Source of the DNA: a virus
Lineage: Duplodnaviria; Caudoviricetes
Virus record (IMG/VR): IMGVR_UViG_3300014199_000367
Span: 1-36,694 of that record
Length of the DNA: 36,694 bases
Direction: 5' to 3' (one strand)
Shown: positions 18,622-27,591 of the stretch, in pieces
How the letters are laid out: each line of letters starts with the position of its first letter
Position numbering within the stretch: the first letter of the stretch is position 1
Notes under the pieces: generated by a model
What the model was told of the DNA's origin: nothing
What the model saw: the letters and a program-made list of their open reading frames with translations, nothing else
Database searches by the model: none
Made by a program: the position numbers and the translations under genes

Positions 18622-18874
18622 TCCCTTCGCCCGCATTTCAAGAATCCGAAGTGCAGGCCATACCGCAAAATGAAGCTTGCCCTCTTTTGTCAAAGGCCTT
18701 TAATTGCGGTGGTTGATATACAACCGTTGGTTCGTATTGACGAATCAATGCCTTAATCATGAAATGGTTACCTAATCCTTTGGCTGCCAAGAGCCAATTT
18801 CGATATACGAACCCGCGGTTGCGCTTTTATGAAACCGCCACAAACAGCATTTTCAGTTAGACCAAATCACGCTT

Positions 18875-19186
18875 ATGCCAGTTCATTATTTATTTGATTC
18901 ATCCGGAGATTGGATTGCGTTCCGCATTGGTAAAAATGTTTTTGATGATGACGGAGATTGGATTGGATGGATGCCGTGGGATGATGCTGATGTTGTCACG
19001 ACTGATGGAGATTATTTGGGGACGATTATTGGAAATCGCTTATACTACTTCAACAGCAAGCCGTATCGAGGCTATCCTGGCTACCCCGGTTACCCGGGTT
19101 ATCCAGGTTATCCGGGTTATCCAGGGTATGCTGGATACTCGCCATTGCCGCCCGGGGCGGAAGATGTCAAATTTAAAAAGGGATGA
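18875..19186 (+). CDS. Accessory protein resembling 4-fold beta-flower proteins, with (GYP)n tail
   Basis: Repeated (L/V)FDxxGDWI(A/G) and TTDGDYLG hairpin motifs followed by a Pro-rich tail; AT-rich, opposite strand. Confidence 0.65.
   Translation: MPVHYLFDSSGDWIAFRIGKNVFDDDGDWIGWMPWDDADVVTTDGDYLGTIIGNRLYYFNSKPYRGYPGYPGYPGYPGYPGYPGYAGYSPLPPGAEDVKFKKG
19070..19138 (+). repeat. 9-bp-unit coding repeat encoding (GYP)6-GYA-GY
   Basis: GGCTATCCT GGCTACCCC GGTTACCCG GGTTATCCA GGTTATCCG GGTTATCCA..., synonymously diverged units. Confidence 0.9.
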
Positions 19187-19191
19187 CATTA

Positions 19192-19590
19192 TTACACCCA
19201 CCGCTCCAGCCCCAGCATCGCCGCGATGTCCGCCTTGCGATATTTTCCCTGATTGCATCCCGGCAGCCGCACCGCCCGCAAGCCGCCCTTTTCGGCCATC
19301 TTGTCCAGCGTCTCCTTGCTCATGCCGGTCCATTGCAACACTTCCTTCCGGCCCATCATCTGTGGCTCCGCCGCAAACGCCTGCTCAACACCCGCCGCCA
19401 CGTCTGTCCATTCAAGCAACAGCGCCAACTGCCGTTTCTGGTAACGCGCCTGCGAACAGCCCACCGGCTTCACTTTTTTCAGCACACCCAACTCCACAAA
19501 CTTTTCGATGGTTGGCCGTGCGAAGCCCAGCGACACCACTTCCTTTTCCATCAGCAACCCAGGCCCATTTACGAACTCTTTCTTAGTCAT
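19192..19590 (-). CDS. Tandem Xis/MerR-like winged-HTH DNA-binding protein; candidate late-gene regulator
   Basis: Two homologous halves: LLMEKEVVSLGFARPTIEKFVELGVL...ARYQK and MMGRKEVLQWTGMSKETLDKMAEKGGL...GKYRK. Confidence 0.7.
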   Translation of the reverse strand: MTKKEFVNGPGLLMEKEVVSLGFARPTIEKFVELGVLKKVKPVGCSQARYQKRQLALLLEWTDVAAGVEQAFAAEPQMMGRKEVLQWTGMSKETLDKMAEKGGLRAVRLPGCNQGKYRKADIAAMLGLERWV

Positions 19591-19626
19591 ACCCTTTTCC
19601 CTTTGTTAGTTTTCCAAGTCAGTCCG

Positions 19627-21585
19627 CTAAAATCCACGTCCTGCCCGTCCAAGCGCTTGATTTCGTTCCACATGGAACAGTTTTGCCAGCGCCATGTAGC
19701 GCACTAAATCAGCAAAATCCTTGCACGCTCCTTTGGCGCCGCCGCGCCCGGTATAGTTTTCAAACATCCAAATGACTTGCTGGCAATCCTCAGCCACAAA
19801 AAGCTTTGGCGCGTTCAACAACGGCATCAGCGGGATTTCCTGATTCCAGTCCAACAGCTCATTCACCATGCCCAGCCCTTCGTCCTCGTTCACGCCGCTG
19901 GCGGGAATCAGTTCCATCGGCTGGCCGATCAGCTTGCCGTCCGGCCCGTACTGCGGTTCGCCAAACTCGTCAATGATGCACGTCCCGCCTTTTTCCGCCA
20001 TGTGCTCGCTGGCCCCGGCGCGCGGGTCAATGTAGCGCTCGGCAATGTCCTCAAACACATTTGCCAAGTCCCCATTCTGCCGCCGCGCACGTTCCAACAG
20101 CTTCGCGTGGTATGGGTCCGCGTCCTCTTTAACGCGCTCGCACTCCAGAAACGTCTGCTTGTACTTCACAATCCCCATTCCCATGCCGTTCTGGGCTGGC
20201 CCAGGGTCACCATCCCAGCCCGCGCGTTGCTGCTCATTCACTTCCCGTTCCGTGGGCACCGCCCATTCACCGTAGGTCTGCGCGTCCGGCCAATCCCGGT
20301 AGATGTAATGATCTCCGCTCGGCGTCACGCGCACCCAAATCGTCGCCCAATTCCGCGCGCCCGCCGGGTCGGTAAAGAAGTAATTCGTGCCCACGGACGG
20401 CAGGTGCCCACGCTTCACGATGTTCCACGCGCCAAACTTTGGGAATGCCCGCGCCACGCTGTCCCGCGCAAACCCATACGCCACCCGTTCAATGAACTCG
20501 CTGGTTTTGCCCTCGCACAGCGCCTTGATCTCGTCGTAATAAGTCCGGCCCGGCGCAGGCCCAAATTTGTTGAACAGCGAAAAATAGTAAATCGCCATCG
20601 CCTTGATGCCCGGAAACTGGCACTCGCGGATGTATGGCATGTGCCCTTTGGGAATGTCCGGCAGGTTCTGCCGTGGCAGCAACTCCGCTTCGCGGCTTTC
20701 CAGCGTCACGGCGCTGCTGCCCACCATCTCCTTGATCGCAGGCGTAATCCCCTTAACCGGCGTGAACGACCACAGCAGCTTCGCCTTTCGGAACTTCAGC
20801 CGGCGCGCAAACATCTTTAGCCACGCCAACGGCATGGATTCGTCCGCCACCGCCCCAATATTTGGCGGAACGAATGCCTTTGCCGACCGCAACTGCTCGC
20901 ACGTGTTGGCGTACTCATAGGCGGGCGCGCCGAATTCCCAGCCCTCATAATCCCCCGGCTCTTGGTTGTAGGTGAGGAAGTGAATTTCGCTGCCGTTCGG
21001 CAGCACCAGCTTCCGGTCCGTAAACCCGCCCGCCTGGCTGTAGTTGATTTTGTAAATCTCGTCCCGCTTGCCGTTCAGGGTCCCAAAATGCGGTTTCAAG
21101 TAATACCACACCAGCGCCTGCACCGTCTTGATGGATGCCGTTTCCGACTCGCTCAAAATGGCCAGCGTCGAGCGGGCGAACAGCACCGCCGTCTGACATC
21201 CTCGCTTGATCGAGTAAACGGTTTTCGATGCGCGATTGCCGCCGAAGATGCCCAGCACATCCGCCGCCTTCGGGCGCGCTCCATTTCTTTGCCACGACCC
21301 CAGCAACAGCGCATCGCTATCCGCCCACGGTTCAAACTCCCAGCCATACCACAGCGGGTCCTGTTCTGCCGCTTCAATCCGTACCTGCCGCCGTTGCAGC
21401 AAACTGCTTAATTCCGCTTGCCAGTCCTTTGGCCGCGCCGCCATCAGCGCCCGCATCCATTCCGCGGATGGTAATTTCAAAATCGGATGCGGCGACACCT
21501 TCAAGGTCGCCCACATCCGGTTCAATTCCGCTTCCCCGAACCCTCGTTCGCCCATGCCCATTCCCTTTCCTTTCCGCCCTTTCAT
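19627..21585 (-). CDS. terL: Terminase large subunit (start may be 21561)
   Basis: Walker A-like GGNRASKT, Walker B AVADE, coupling motif FTP, RNaseH-like DPAGARNW and KDFADLVRY. Confidence 0.88.
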   Translation of the reverse strand: MKGRKGKGMGMGERGFGEAELNRMWATLKVSPHPILKLPSAEWMRALMAARPKDWQAELSSLLQRRQVRIEAAEQDPLWYGWEFEPWADSDALLLGSWQRNGARPKAADVLGIFGGNRASKTVYSIKRGCQTAVLFARSTLAILSESETASIKTVQALVWYYLKPHFGTLNGKRDEIYKINYSQAGGFTDRKLVLPNGSEIHFLTYNQEPGDYEGWEFGAPAYEYANTCEQLRSAKAFVPPNIGAVADESMPLAWLKMFARRLKFRKAKLLWSFTPVKGITPAIKEMVGSSAVTLESREAELLPRQNLPDIPKGHMPYIRECQFPGIKAMAIYYFSLFNKFGPAPGRTYYDEIKALCEGKTSEFIERVAYGFARDSVARAFPKFGAWNIVKRGHLPSVGTNYFFTDPAGARNWATIWVRVTPSGDHYIYRDWPDAQTYGEWAVPTEREVNEQQRAGWDGDPGPAQNGMGMGIVKYKQTFLECERVKEDADPYHAKLLERARRQNGDLANVFEDIAERYIDPRAGASEHMAEKGGTCIIDEFGEPQYGPDGKLIGQPMELIPASGVNEDEGLGMVNELLDWNQEIPLMPLLNAPKLFVAEDCQQVIWMFENYTGRGGAKGACKDFADLVRYMALAKLFHVERNQALGRAGRGF

Positions 21586-21603
21586 CGAACCGGTCCGCCG
21601 CCG

Positions 21604-22428
21604 TCACTTTGGCACATCTTGCGGCAGCGGTCTCTCGATCTCCGGGTAGCTGTCTCCGTCCGCCATTCTCAGTCCATTTCTGGCAATTTTCACTCCGAGG
21701 TAATGGACGTTGAACGCCTTAATCATCAGCGCCAGCCCGGTTTGCGGATACATTGATTTCAGGCTCATTCGCTCGCGCATAAAACGGTCACGCAACACCG
21801 AACAGGCGCTTTCAGGAAGATCGCCGCTGTACACGTGATTCAAGAACTCCTCGACCCGCTGTTGTCCATGCAACGGTTTGGCGAGATAGTAGAACGCCGC
21901 TGGCGCGCTCTTCGCGATGAGGTTCAAATGGTTTGCCGTCAATCGGGACGCCAAGTGGACCGCTTCCAGCAGTGCTTCGGCATTCGTTTCCACAAACTCG
22001 ACGATGTCCAATCGGTTGGTCTTTTTGGTGTACGACACCGGCGTTATCGTCTTCCTCTGAAAACCGATGACCAGCGCCGCCACCGCAGCCATTTGGTTTC
22101 CGCTCGTCAGCCTCAACGTATCTGCGATGCTCCGCGACGCGCCAGTATCAATCACCTTGTACAAGTCCTCGTCGTCAGTCCGCAGTAGAATGAACGGTTG
22201 CGGCATATTGCTTTCGACCACCGCCCACATACGATGCTGGCCATTGGCAAGTTTGCCTTTCACCAACGTTATAGCGTCACAGGTCAGGCGAAACCGGCCC
22301 GCTTTCATGTCCTCCGCCAACGTCTTGACCCGTCCCTGCCTTACATTCCGTTGGCCGTCCAGCAGGTTTTCCAGGTATTCCGCTGCCTTCTTTGGTGTGA
22401 TCGAGACTATGTCCACTTGCGCATTCAT
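21604..22428 (-). CDS. ParB-like/DGQHR-motif phage protein
   Basis: ITPKKAAEYL...RNVRQGRV..LAEDMKAGRF...LANGQHRM...IDTGASRS pattern of phage ParB-like N-terminal domains. Confidence 0.7.
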   Translation of the reverse strand: MNAQVDIVSITPKKAAEYLENLLDGQRNVRQGRVKTLAEDMKAGRFRLTCDAITLVKGKLANGQHRMWAVVESNMPQPFILLRTDDEDLYKVIDTGASRSIADTLRLTSGNQMAAVAALVIGFQRKTITPVSYTKKTNRLDIVEFVETNAEALLEAVHLASRLTANHLNLIAKSAPAAFYYLAKPLHGQQRVEEFLNHVYSGDLPESACSVLRDRFMRERMSLKSMYPQTGLALMIKAFNVHYLGVKIARNGLRMADGDSYPEIERPLPQDVPK

Positions 22429-22912
22429 TAACTTCCTTTTGTTGTTGGTTTTTCTTTAAGTCCTGCAAGCTCTCTTCAACTCCTGCCAGCCAGTCAGCAG
22501 CCTTGCGCCCGTCTGTGCTGCGCTGCCATGCAATCAAGTCCACGCAGGCGCGCCACTCGCAATCCTCCACCGGCACGCCCAAGGCGTAATACTCATCCGC
22601 CCGCCGCATCACCCAGGCGTGAACCGGTCGGGGTTGCCGCAATGCGTGGTGCATGATCGCCAGCCGCATTTGTTCCGGCAGTTGTAGCGTCCGCCCGAAC
22701 ATCACCGGATTGTCACGCGGCACTTCGCAATAGCGGTCCAGGTCCCGATCCGCGCGCCGCCGCATCTCCGCCAGCACCGCCTCGCGGTTGGCCTTCAACA
22801 AGGTCATCAGCTCTTCCGGAATGCGTCCGCCGCGCACGCGCGCCTTGCCGTCCTCCAGCAACAGCGCCGCGCCGTGTCCCTGAATTGCGTCAATGATCTC
22901 CCCTGCGGTCAT
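22277..22912 (-). CDS. Hypothetical protein with N-terminus resembling primase-associated TubC-N-like domain
   Basis: MTAGEIIDAIQGHGAALLLEDGKARVRG...LLKANREAVLA; starts right after primase-helicase stop; 3' end overlaps next gene by ~150 bp. Confidence 0.55.
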   Translation of the reverse strand: MTAGEIIDAIQGHGAALLLEDGKARVRGGRIPEELMTLLKANREAVLAEMRRRADRDLDRYCEVPRDNPVMFGRTLQLPEQMRLAIMHHALRQPRPVHAWVMRRADEYYALGVPVEDCEWRACVDLIAWQRSTDGRKAADWLAGVEESLQDLKKNQQQKEVNECASGHSLDHTKEGSGIPGKPAGRPTECKAGTGQDVGGGHESGPVSPDL

Positions 22913-22914
22913 GC

Positions 22915-25065
22915 TCAAAATTCCTCGTCCATTTCCGCCACCGGCTGCTCCACGTATTTCTTCGGCAGCCGCCGCTTGTCCTCCAGCTTCCACGGGCTTA
23001 CCTCCAGAAACTGCAAGCTGTCGTAGTGAAACCACAGAAACCGCGCCGGGCAGTCGCCATCGCCGCCGCGCTGGGCGTCAACGATGAAATACGCGTCGTG
23101 CATCAGCACCAGTTCCTGAAACCTGTTCTTTTGCTCGTCCTGCAGACTCTCCAGGGTGGCAATCATCTTTCTCCAATGCTCCTTGAGGGCTTCCGGTTGG
23201 TCCTTCGCTGGCGCGCCTCCCAGCAGCCGCTTGAATTGGGGAATCGGTGTCTCTGGATGGTCCGCCATCCACTTGTCCGTGCAGGCCTGAAAGATCTCCT
23301 CCAACTCGTCCTGCTTCGCGCGATTGCGCCACACCACAATGACGTTGAACGCCAGATTGGTGATATAGCTGCTGCCCATCACGTCATAACGGTGCGGAAT
23401 CGCAGCTTCGCCCTTGCGGTCATTGGGCTTTTTGCTGTGCGCCACCAGGTGGATATGGACGTTATTGCGCTGCGCGAATTCGATGATTCTGTCCATGAAG
23501 GCCCGTTGCGCATTCCAAATTTCCTGTCCTTCGCCGTCCAGCCCGCTAAACCGCATGAGACTGTCCAGGACGAACTGCCGCACGCCGTATCGCTGGTACG
23601 CGTACTGCATTACCTGCAACACATCCTCAATATCCGCATTGCCCACGGCGTCATACACCCACACTTTTTGCCCCAGCGGTTTCAAACACCGCTCGCGAAA
23701 CTTCGCCCGGTCGTCGCAAACTTCACGCACGCCCATCGCCATCCGGATGAGCTTTTTGTACGTCTCCGGGGCCTGTACCTCCAGCGACGCAATCAGCACG
23801 CGCTCGCCCTGCCAGCACAGGTCAATCATGCAGTGGTTCAGCACTTCCGATTTGCCATGCTTGTTATAACCGGTCCAAACCGTTACCTCGCCGTAGCGGA
23901 AACGAAACGGCAAGCTGCTCCCGAAGTAATTTCCCCAGGGCAGCAACAGCCCAAGCTGTGCCGTGCCTTCCGGGTGAAATTTTTCCCAAATCTGTTTTTC
24001 AAAAGCATAGATGTCCTTGAGCTTTTCCGGCTTGATGACTTCCGCATTTATCACGCACGCATCCGCGCCGGTGGCATCCGTGCCCGCCTGCAAGCACTCG
24101 TTGATGTCCTTAAACCGCTTCTCTTCGTCCTTCATCGGCAGGCGCACGATATCCGTGCGGGCGATGCCCAGCCGCGTCACGATCTCCACCACCTTGGCGC
24201 GCCCGGCGGCGTCTTCGTCAAAGCTGACGTGGATTTTGCCGAACGCCTGCAACCAGTCGTAACACTGTTCAATCCATCCCAAATACTTTGCGCCGCCCGG
24301 CACGCTCACCGCCGCTCGGCCGTATCCGGCCCACGTAATCGCGTCAATTTCACCTTCGCAAATCACGAGTTCGCCGCCATTCTGATGCGCGGTTTTCACC
24401 ACGCTGCTTTCCATTCCAAACAAAACGCTTCGGCCGCCCTTGGGTTCGCGCCACTCGATTTTCTTGCCGTCTGGACGGTCCACCTTCACCACCTTGCAGA
24501 ATTCAAACAGCGGCTTTTCCCGGTTGGCTGGCCAATTTGCCGGACGCCACTTGTACGCGAACGAATACGCCTCGCCGTCCGCCGTCTGCCCCACGCTATA
24601 ATCGGCCAGCAGTTCCGGTTTCAACTGCCGCTTCCCTGTCAGGTATTTGAACGCCTTGCCGTCCGGGTCGAACGCGCGGAATTTTTGCGGGTCAAAGGCG
24701 CCCCGCTCCGGTGTGCGTTCGGCGGCGTTTTTTACAGATGGCGGCTGGAACATCTTCGCGCCCGCGCCCGGCAACGCCACGCCCACGGCATTCGCCACTG
24801 CTTTCAGCGCTTCCGGAAACGCCACGCCCTGCCGTCGCATGATCCACTCGTATATGTCCCCGGTGGCGTCGCAGCCAAAACAGTGGAATGCCCACGCGCC
24901 CTCCTTGCGAAATACCGTGAAGCTCGGTGTGCTGTCGTCGTGAAATGGGCACTTCGCTTTGAACTCATTCGGGCCGCCCGTCAGCGCAATGCCGTCGCGC
25001 CGAATCCACTCCGCCAGGTCCACGCTGCCCTTCAACTGCTCTTTGATCGCATCCCGGTCATTCAT
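22915..25065 (-). CDS. Bifunctional DNA primase-helicase (CHC2 Zn finger + TOPRIM + SF4 helicase; T7 gp4/Twinkle-like)
   Basis: CPFHDDSTPS...CFGC, ICEGEIDA, FDED, Walker A GYNKHGKS, FVLDSL, HIHLVAH; ATG 25065 overlaps upstream stop. Confidence 0.9.
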   Translation of the reverse strand: MNDRDAIKEQLKGSVDLAEWIRRDGIALTGGPNEFKAKCPFHDDSTPSFTVFRKEGAWAFHCFGCDATGDIYEWIMRRQGVAFPEALKAVANAVGVALPGAGAKMFQPPSVKNAAERTPERGAFDPQKFRAFDPDGKAFKYLTGKRQLKPELLADYSVGQTADGEAYSFAYKWRPANWPANREKPLFEFCKVVKVDRPDGKKIEWREPKGGRSVLFGMESSVVKTAHQNGGELVICEGEIDAITWAGYGRAAVSVPGGAKYLGWIEQCYDWLQAFGKIHVSFDEDAAGRAKVVEIVTRLGIARTDIVRLPMKDEEKRFKDINECLQAGTDATGADACVINAEVIKPEKLKDIYAFEKQIWEKFHPEGTAQLGLLLPWGNYFGSSLPFRFRYGEVTVWTGYNKHGKSEVLNHCMIDLCWQGERVLIASLEVQAPETYKKLIRMAMGVREVCDDRAKFRERCLKPLGQKVWVYDAVGNADIEDVLQVMQYAYQRYGVRQFVLDSLMRFSGLDGEGQEIWNAQRAFMDRIIEFAQRNNVHIHLVAHSKKPNDRKGEAAIPHRYDVMGSSYITNLAFNVIVVWRNRAKQDELEEIFQACTDKWMADHPETPIPQFKRLLGGAPAKDQPEALKEHWRKMIATLESLQDEQKNRFQELVLMHDAYFIVDAQRGGDGDCPARFLWFHYDSLQFLEVSPWKLEDKRRLPKKYVEQPVAEMDEEF

Positions 25066-25853
25066 AATCCCGCCGCCTCCTTCATCTTCTGAATCGTGAT
25101 CGTTGATTTGCCGGGCGGTTGCGGCGCGGCATCGCCGTCCGGGCGCGCGGAATTTTTTGCGCCGAAAATCTGCCTGCGCTTCCACAGTTCATCCGCCAGC
25201 GCGCAACGCCAGTCCGCAACCGGGCGCGGCGGCTTGCCCGTGACCCACGAGCCATCCACGGCGGCGGCGGTAAATCCGTTCCATGCCGCTATGATTTCTT
25301 CACGCGTGTAACCGCTCGGGTGCTTCTCAAACCAAGCCGCCGCTTCCTCCGCTGAAGGAGCATTGTTGACCCGGGGGTCGCCTTCTCCCGTTCTGAGGTT
25401 CTGATTCTGAGGCTTCTCGGATTCTGGGGTTCTGTCGGCATTCTGCGCGTCATTCTGCGTGCCCTGCGACGCATTCTGCTCACCAGTCTGCCCGGCATTC
25501 CGCTCATCCTTCAGCGCGGCAAACAGCACGTCATAATCAATGATGGTGATAACCGTGCCGACGTTGTTTTGGTGCAAGGACACTTTCCGTGCGTCCCGCA
25601 AGTCCTCCAGAAACCTGTCCACCTTCTTGTAAGACCATTGCCACCGCTCCGCCAGGCTCTTGACACTCCGCCCGACTTGACCCCGTTTCAAATGCACGTC
25701 CACGCCGCGCGACTTGGTATCCCGGTCGTCATCATTGGCGAGCAAAATCAAATCCAGCCACGCCTGCCCCCGGCTGAATGGCTCCATCAGCCAAAAGTCG
25801 TCGTAGATGATTTGGCGGTCGAGCACCACGGCTCCGAAAACTCGATTGCTCAT
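25062..25853 (-). CDS. Phage replication initiator/replisome organiser (winged-helix N-terminus)
   Basis: EPFSRGQAWLDLILLAN...LKRGQ...SLAERWQWS..KV.RFL...TVITIIDYD signature; internal iteron-like repeats. Confidence 0.75.
   Translation of the reverse strand: MSNRVFGAVVLDRQIIYDDFWLMEPFSRGQAWLDLILLANDDDRDTKSRGVDVHLKRGQVGRSVKSLAERWQWSYKKVDRFLEDLRDARKVSLHQNNVGTVITIIDYDVLFAALKDERNAGQTGEQNASQGTQNDAQNADRTPESEKPQNQNLRTGEGDPRVNNAPSAEEAAAWFEKHPSGYTREEIIAAWNGFTAAAVDGSWVTGKPPRPVADWRCALADELWKRRQIFGAKNSARPDGDAAPQPPGKSTITIQKMKEAAGL
25391..25503. repeat. Iteron-like short repeats (CATTCTGC/TTCTG), candidate replication origin inside initiator gene
   Basis: TTCTG recurs about eight times, including CATTCTGC copies near 25439, 25451 and 25472; same arrangement as lambdoid ori within gene O. 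Confidence 0.55.
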
Positions 25854-26170
25854 CACCACGCTCCTTTCCTGCGGGGTAATGGTCCCACGAGGTCAAAGCT
25901 GCTCGCCCACGCGGTTGGCGTGGCTCGTAGGGCCATTCCCGGCACAAAGTTGGTGTTGTCTCTGACATTCACAGTTTTGATGTTCATGGGGTTGGTAACG
26001 TCAACGCCGGGAAAATGCGCCGACACGATGCCTGCGTTTTTCACCGGCACGCGCAACACAATCAGTTCCACGCCCGGCGCGGCTTTTTTTTGCAGCGCCG
26101 CCGGGAGTCCGCTGGACGGTCTTTTTACACTCAGTAAATTTTTGGCTGCGCTGGTAATGCTCTTGACCAT
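25853..26170 (-). CDS. Hypothetical phage protein
   Basis: 105 aa, VRDNTNFVPGM...GPLPRRKGAW; stop overlaps initiator ATG (TGATG). Confidence 0.65.
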   Translation of the reverse strand: MVKSITSAAKNLLSVKRPSSGLPAALQKKAAPGVELIVLRVPVKNAGIVSAHFPGVDVTNPMNIKTVNVRDNTNFVPGMALRATPTAWASSFDLVGPLPRRKGAW

Positions 26171-26220
26171 GGAAATGCGTCCTTTTGATTTTTAATTTTC
26201 TGAAGCCAAAGGATCGGGCG

Positions 26221-27024
26221 TCAGGCCGTCACCGGGGGTGTCGGCCCCCCCCCGCCCCCTCCATTCGATTCGGCGGCATGGTCGGGGCTGGGGTCGGTCG
26301 GTGCCATCGGTTCGATGGCCGGGCTGGGACTGGCCGGTGGATTGGGACTCGGTGCCGGGACAGCCGGCTCCGGGCCAGAAGTTGCATCTAAGGTTGCATC
26401 TTTCCGGGGCTTGCCCCCTGTTTTCGGCCTTTCCAGCAGTTTTTGCGAGGATTCGGAATCCTCGTGACCCAAAACCGCATCGGAATTGCACACCGGCATG
26501 GACTCGAACACCCGGTTGATCGCCTCGGCTGACAGGTCGCGGTCCTGGGCCTTCATGGCGGCGCTGATTGAAGTCGGTTCGCCGCGCGCGAGCGCCCTTT
26601 TGTCGAACATTATCGCCACTCCAACCGGTATTTGGGCGGCGGGTATTTTTCCCTCTTCGAGCGCATCCCGATACACCGTCACGCCCGCCTCGATGGCATC
26701 CTCCATCGCCTGCGTCACCCTTTCTACGTAGGGGGCCATTTTTCCCTGGCCGACGAGCACGCGCCGCGCCGCACGCACGGTCTTGGGACTGATGGACATT
26801 TCCCGCGCAATCCGCTTCACGCCCCAGCCACACACCAGCAATTCCACCAATCGCAGCGCCTTCGTGTCGTCCTCCAGCAACCGCACGCCGGTATGCTCGT
26901 AGCGCCGATGAACGATTGACTCCAGCACTGCCGGACATGCTGGCAGGCCGTCGCCATCGAACAGCTCCGTCTGGCTTGTGTTCTGCCGTTCCAGCAACTG
27001 TTCCCGCTTCGTGTCCCTCGCCAT
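26221..27024 (-). CDS. HTH protein, putative terminase small subunit, with low-complexity tail
   Basis: HTH (GWGVKRIAREMSISPKTVRA), VGVAIMFDKRALARGEPTSI oligomerisation-like motif, Pro/Gly-rich tail ending GGGGGGPTPP. Confidence 0.55.
   Translation of the reverse strand: MARDTKREQLLERQNTSQTELFDGDGLPACPAVLESIVHRRYEHTGVRLLEDDTKALRLVELLVCGWGVKRIAREMSISPKTVRAARRVLVGQGKMAPYVERVTQAMEDAIEAGVTVYRDALEEGKIPAAQIPVGVAIMFDKRALARGEPTSISAAMKAQDRDLSAEAINRVFESMPVCNSDAVLGHEDSESSQKLLERPKTGGKPRKDATLDATSGPEPAVPAPSPNPPASPSPAIEPMAPTDPSPDHAAESNGGGGGGPTPPVTA
26376..26400 (-). repeat. GATGCAAC-N4-GATGCAAC tandem site in terS-like gene, matching integrase 3' repeats
   Basis: Minus strand GATGCAAC CTTA GATGCAAC TTCTG; 13-bp identity with 36605-36617. 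Confidence 0.75.
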
Positions 27025-27063
27025 AATCCTGAATCTCATTCCCAAAAACTCCGCGCGCCGTTG

Positions 27064-27333
27064 TCATGCCTCAGCCTCTGCTTGCGCGGCCTTCCGCCGC
27101 AGTTCGCCGACCGTCCGCGCCGCAATACCCGGTTCTGGAAAAACCCGCCGCGCGCTCAACCACGCGTTAATGGCGCTCGCCGGTATGCGGTAATCCGGCT
27201 GTTCGGTCGTGCCGATGTTCACCACGTCGGTGCCAAACTCCCGCGCTTTCAAGCGATTCTTCACCGTGCGATGGCACACGCCCAAAAGACTTGCCGTCTC
27301 GGGCACCGTATAGAATTTTTCAATGACTCTCAT
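27064..27333 (-). CDS. Excisionase-like helix-turn-helix protein
   Basis: FYTVPETASLLGVCHRTVKNRL...YRIPASAINAWL, an HTH_17/Xis pattern. Confidence 0.78.
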   Translation of the reverse strand: MRVIEKFYTVPETASLLGVCHRTVKNRLKAREFGTDVVNIGTTEQPDYRIPASAINAWLSARRVFPEPGIAARTVGELRRKAAQAEAEA

Positions 27334-27353
27334 GGTTCACCGCCGCGTCATCG

Positions 27354-27587
27354 TCAGCCCTTCTTCGTTCGCTTGACCTTGTTTGCCTTGGCCAATTCCT
27401 GCGCCCGGACGCCGATCTCCTGCGCCACATGGCTCATGGCAAAAACGCCTTCCGTCGCCTTCGACATCGCGCCGCCCAGGTATCGCGTCATCAACGATTC
27501 CAACGCCGTGCCGTTGCCCGTGGCCAGCGCTTGCACATCCAGCCCCGTGGCCGATTCTGTTACCGTGACCTCCAATTTCATGCTCAT
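27354..27587 (-). CDS. Hypothetical early protein
   Basis: 77 aa, co-oriented, normal codon style, basic C-terminus. Confidence 0.55.
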   Translation of the reverse strand: MSMKLEVTVTESATGLDVQALATGNGTALESLMTRYLGGAMSKATEGVFAMSHVAQEIGVRAQELAKANKVKRTKKG

Positions 27588-27591
27588 GTGA

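Noticed and set aside
18759-18860. 33-aa ORF upstream of moron 2
   Set aside because: No clear RBS or motif; insufficient evidence
23026-25092. Long plus-strand ORFs antisense to phage genes (also 6307-7791, 17298-18608, 19777-20820, 1439-2560)
   Set aside because: Shadow ORFs from high-GC codon bias, with Arg/Pro/His-rich translations and no motifs
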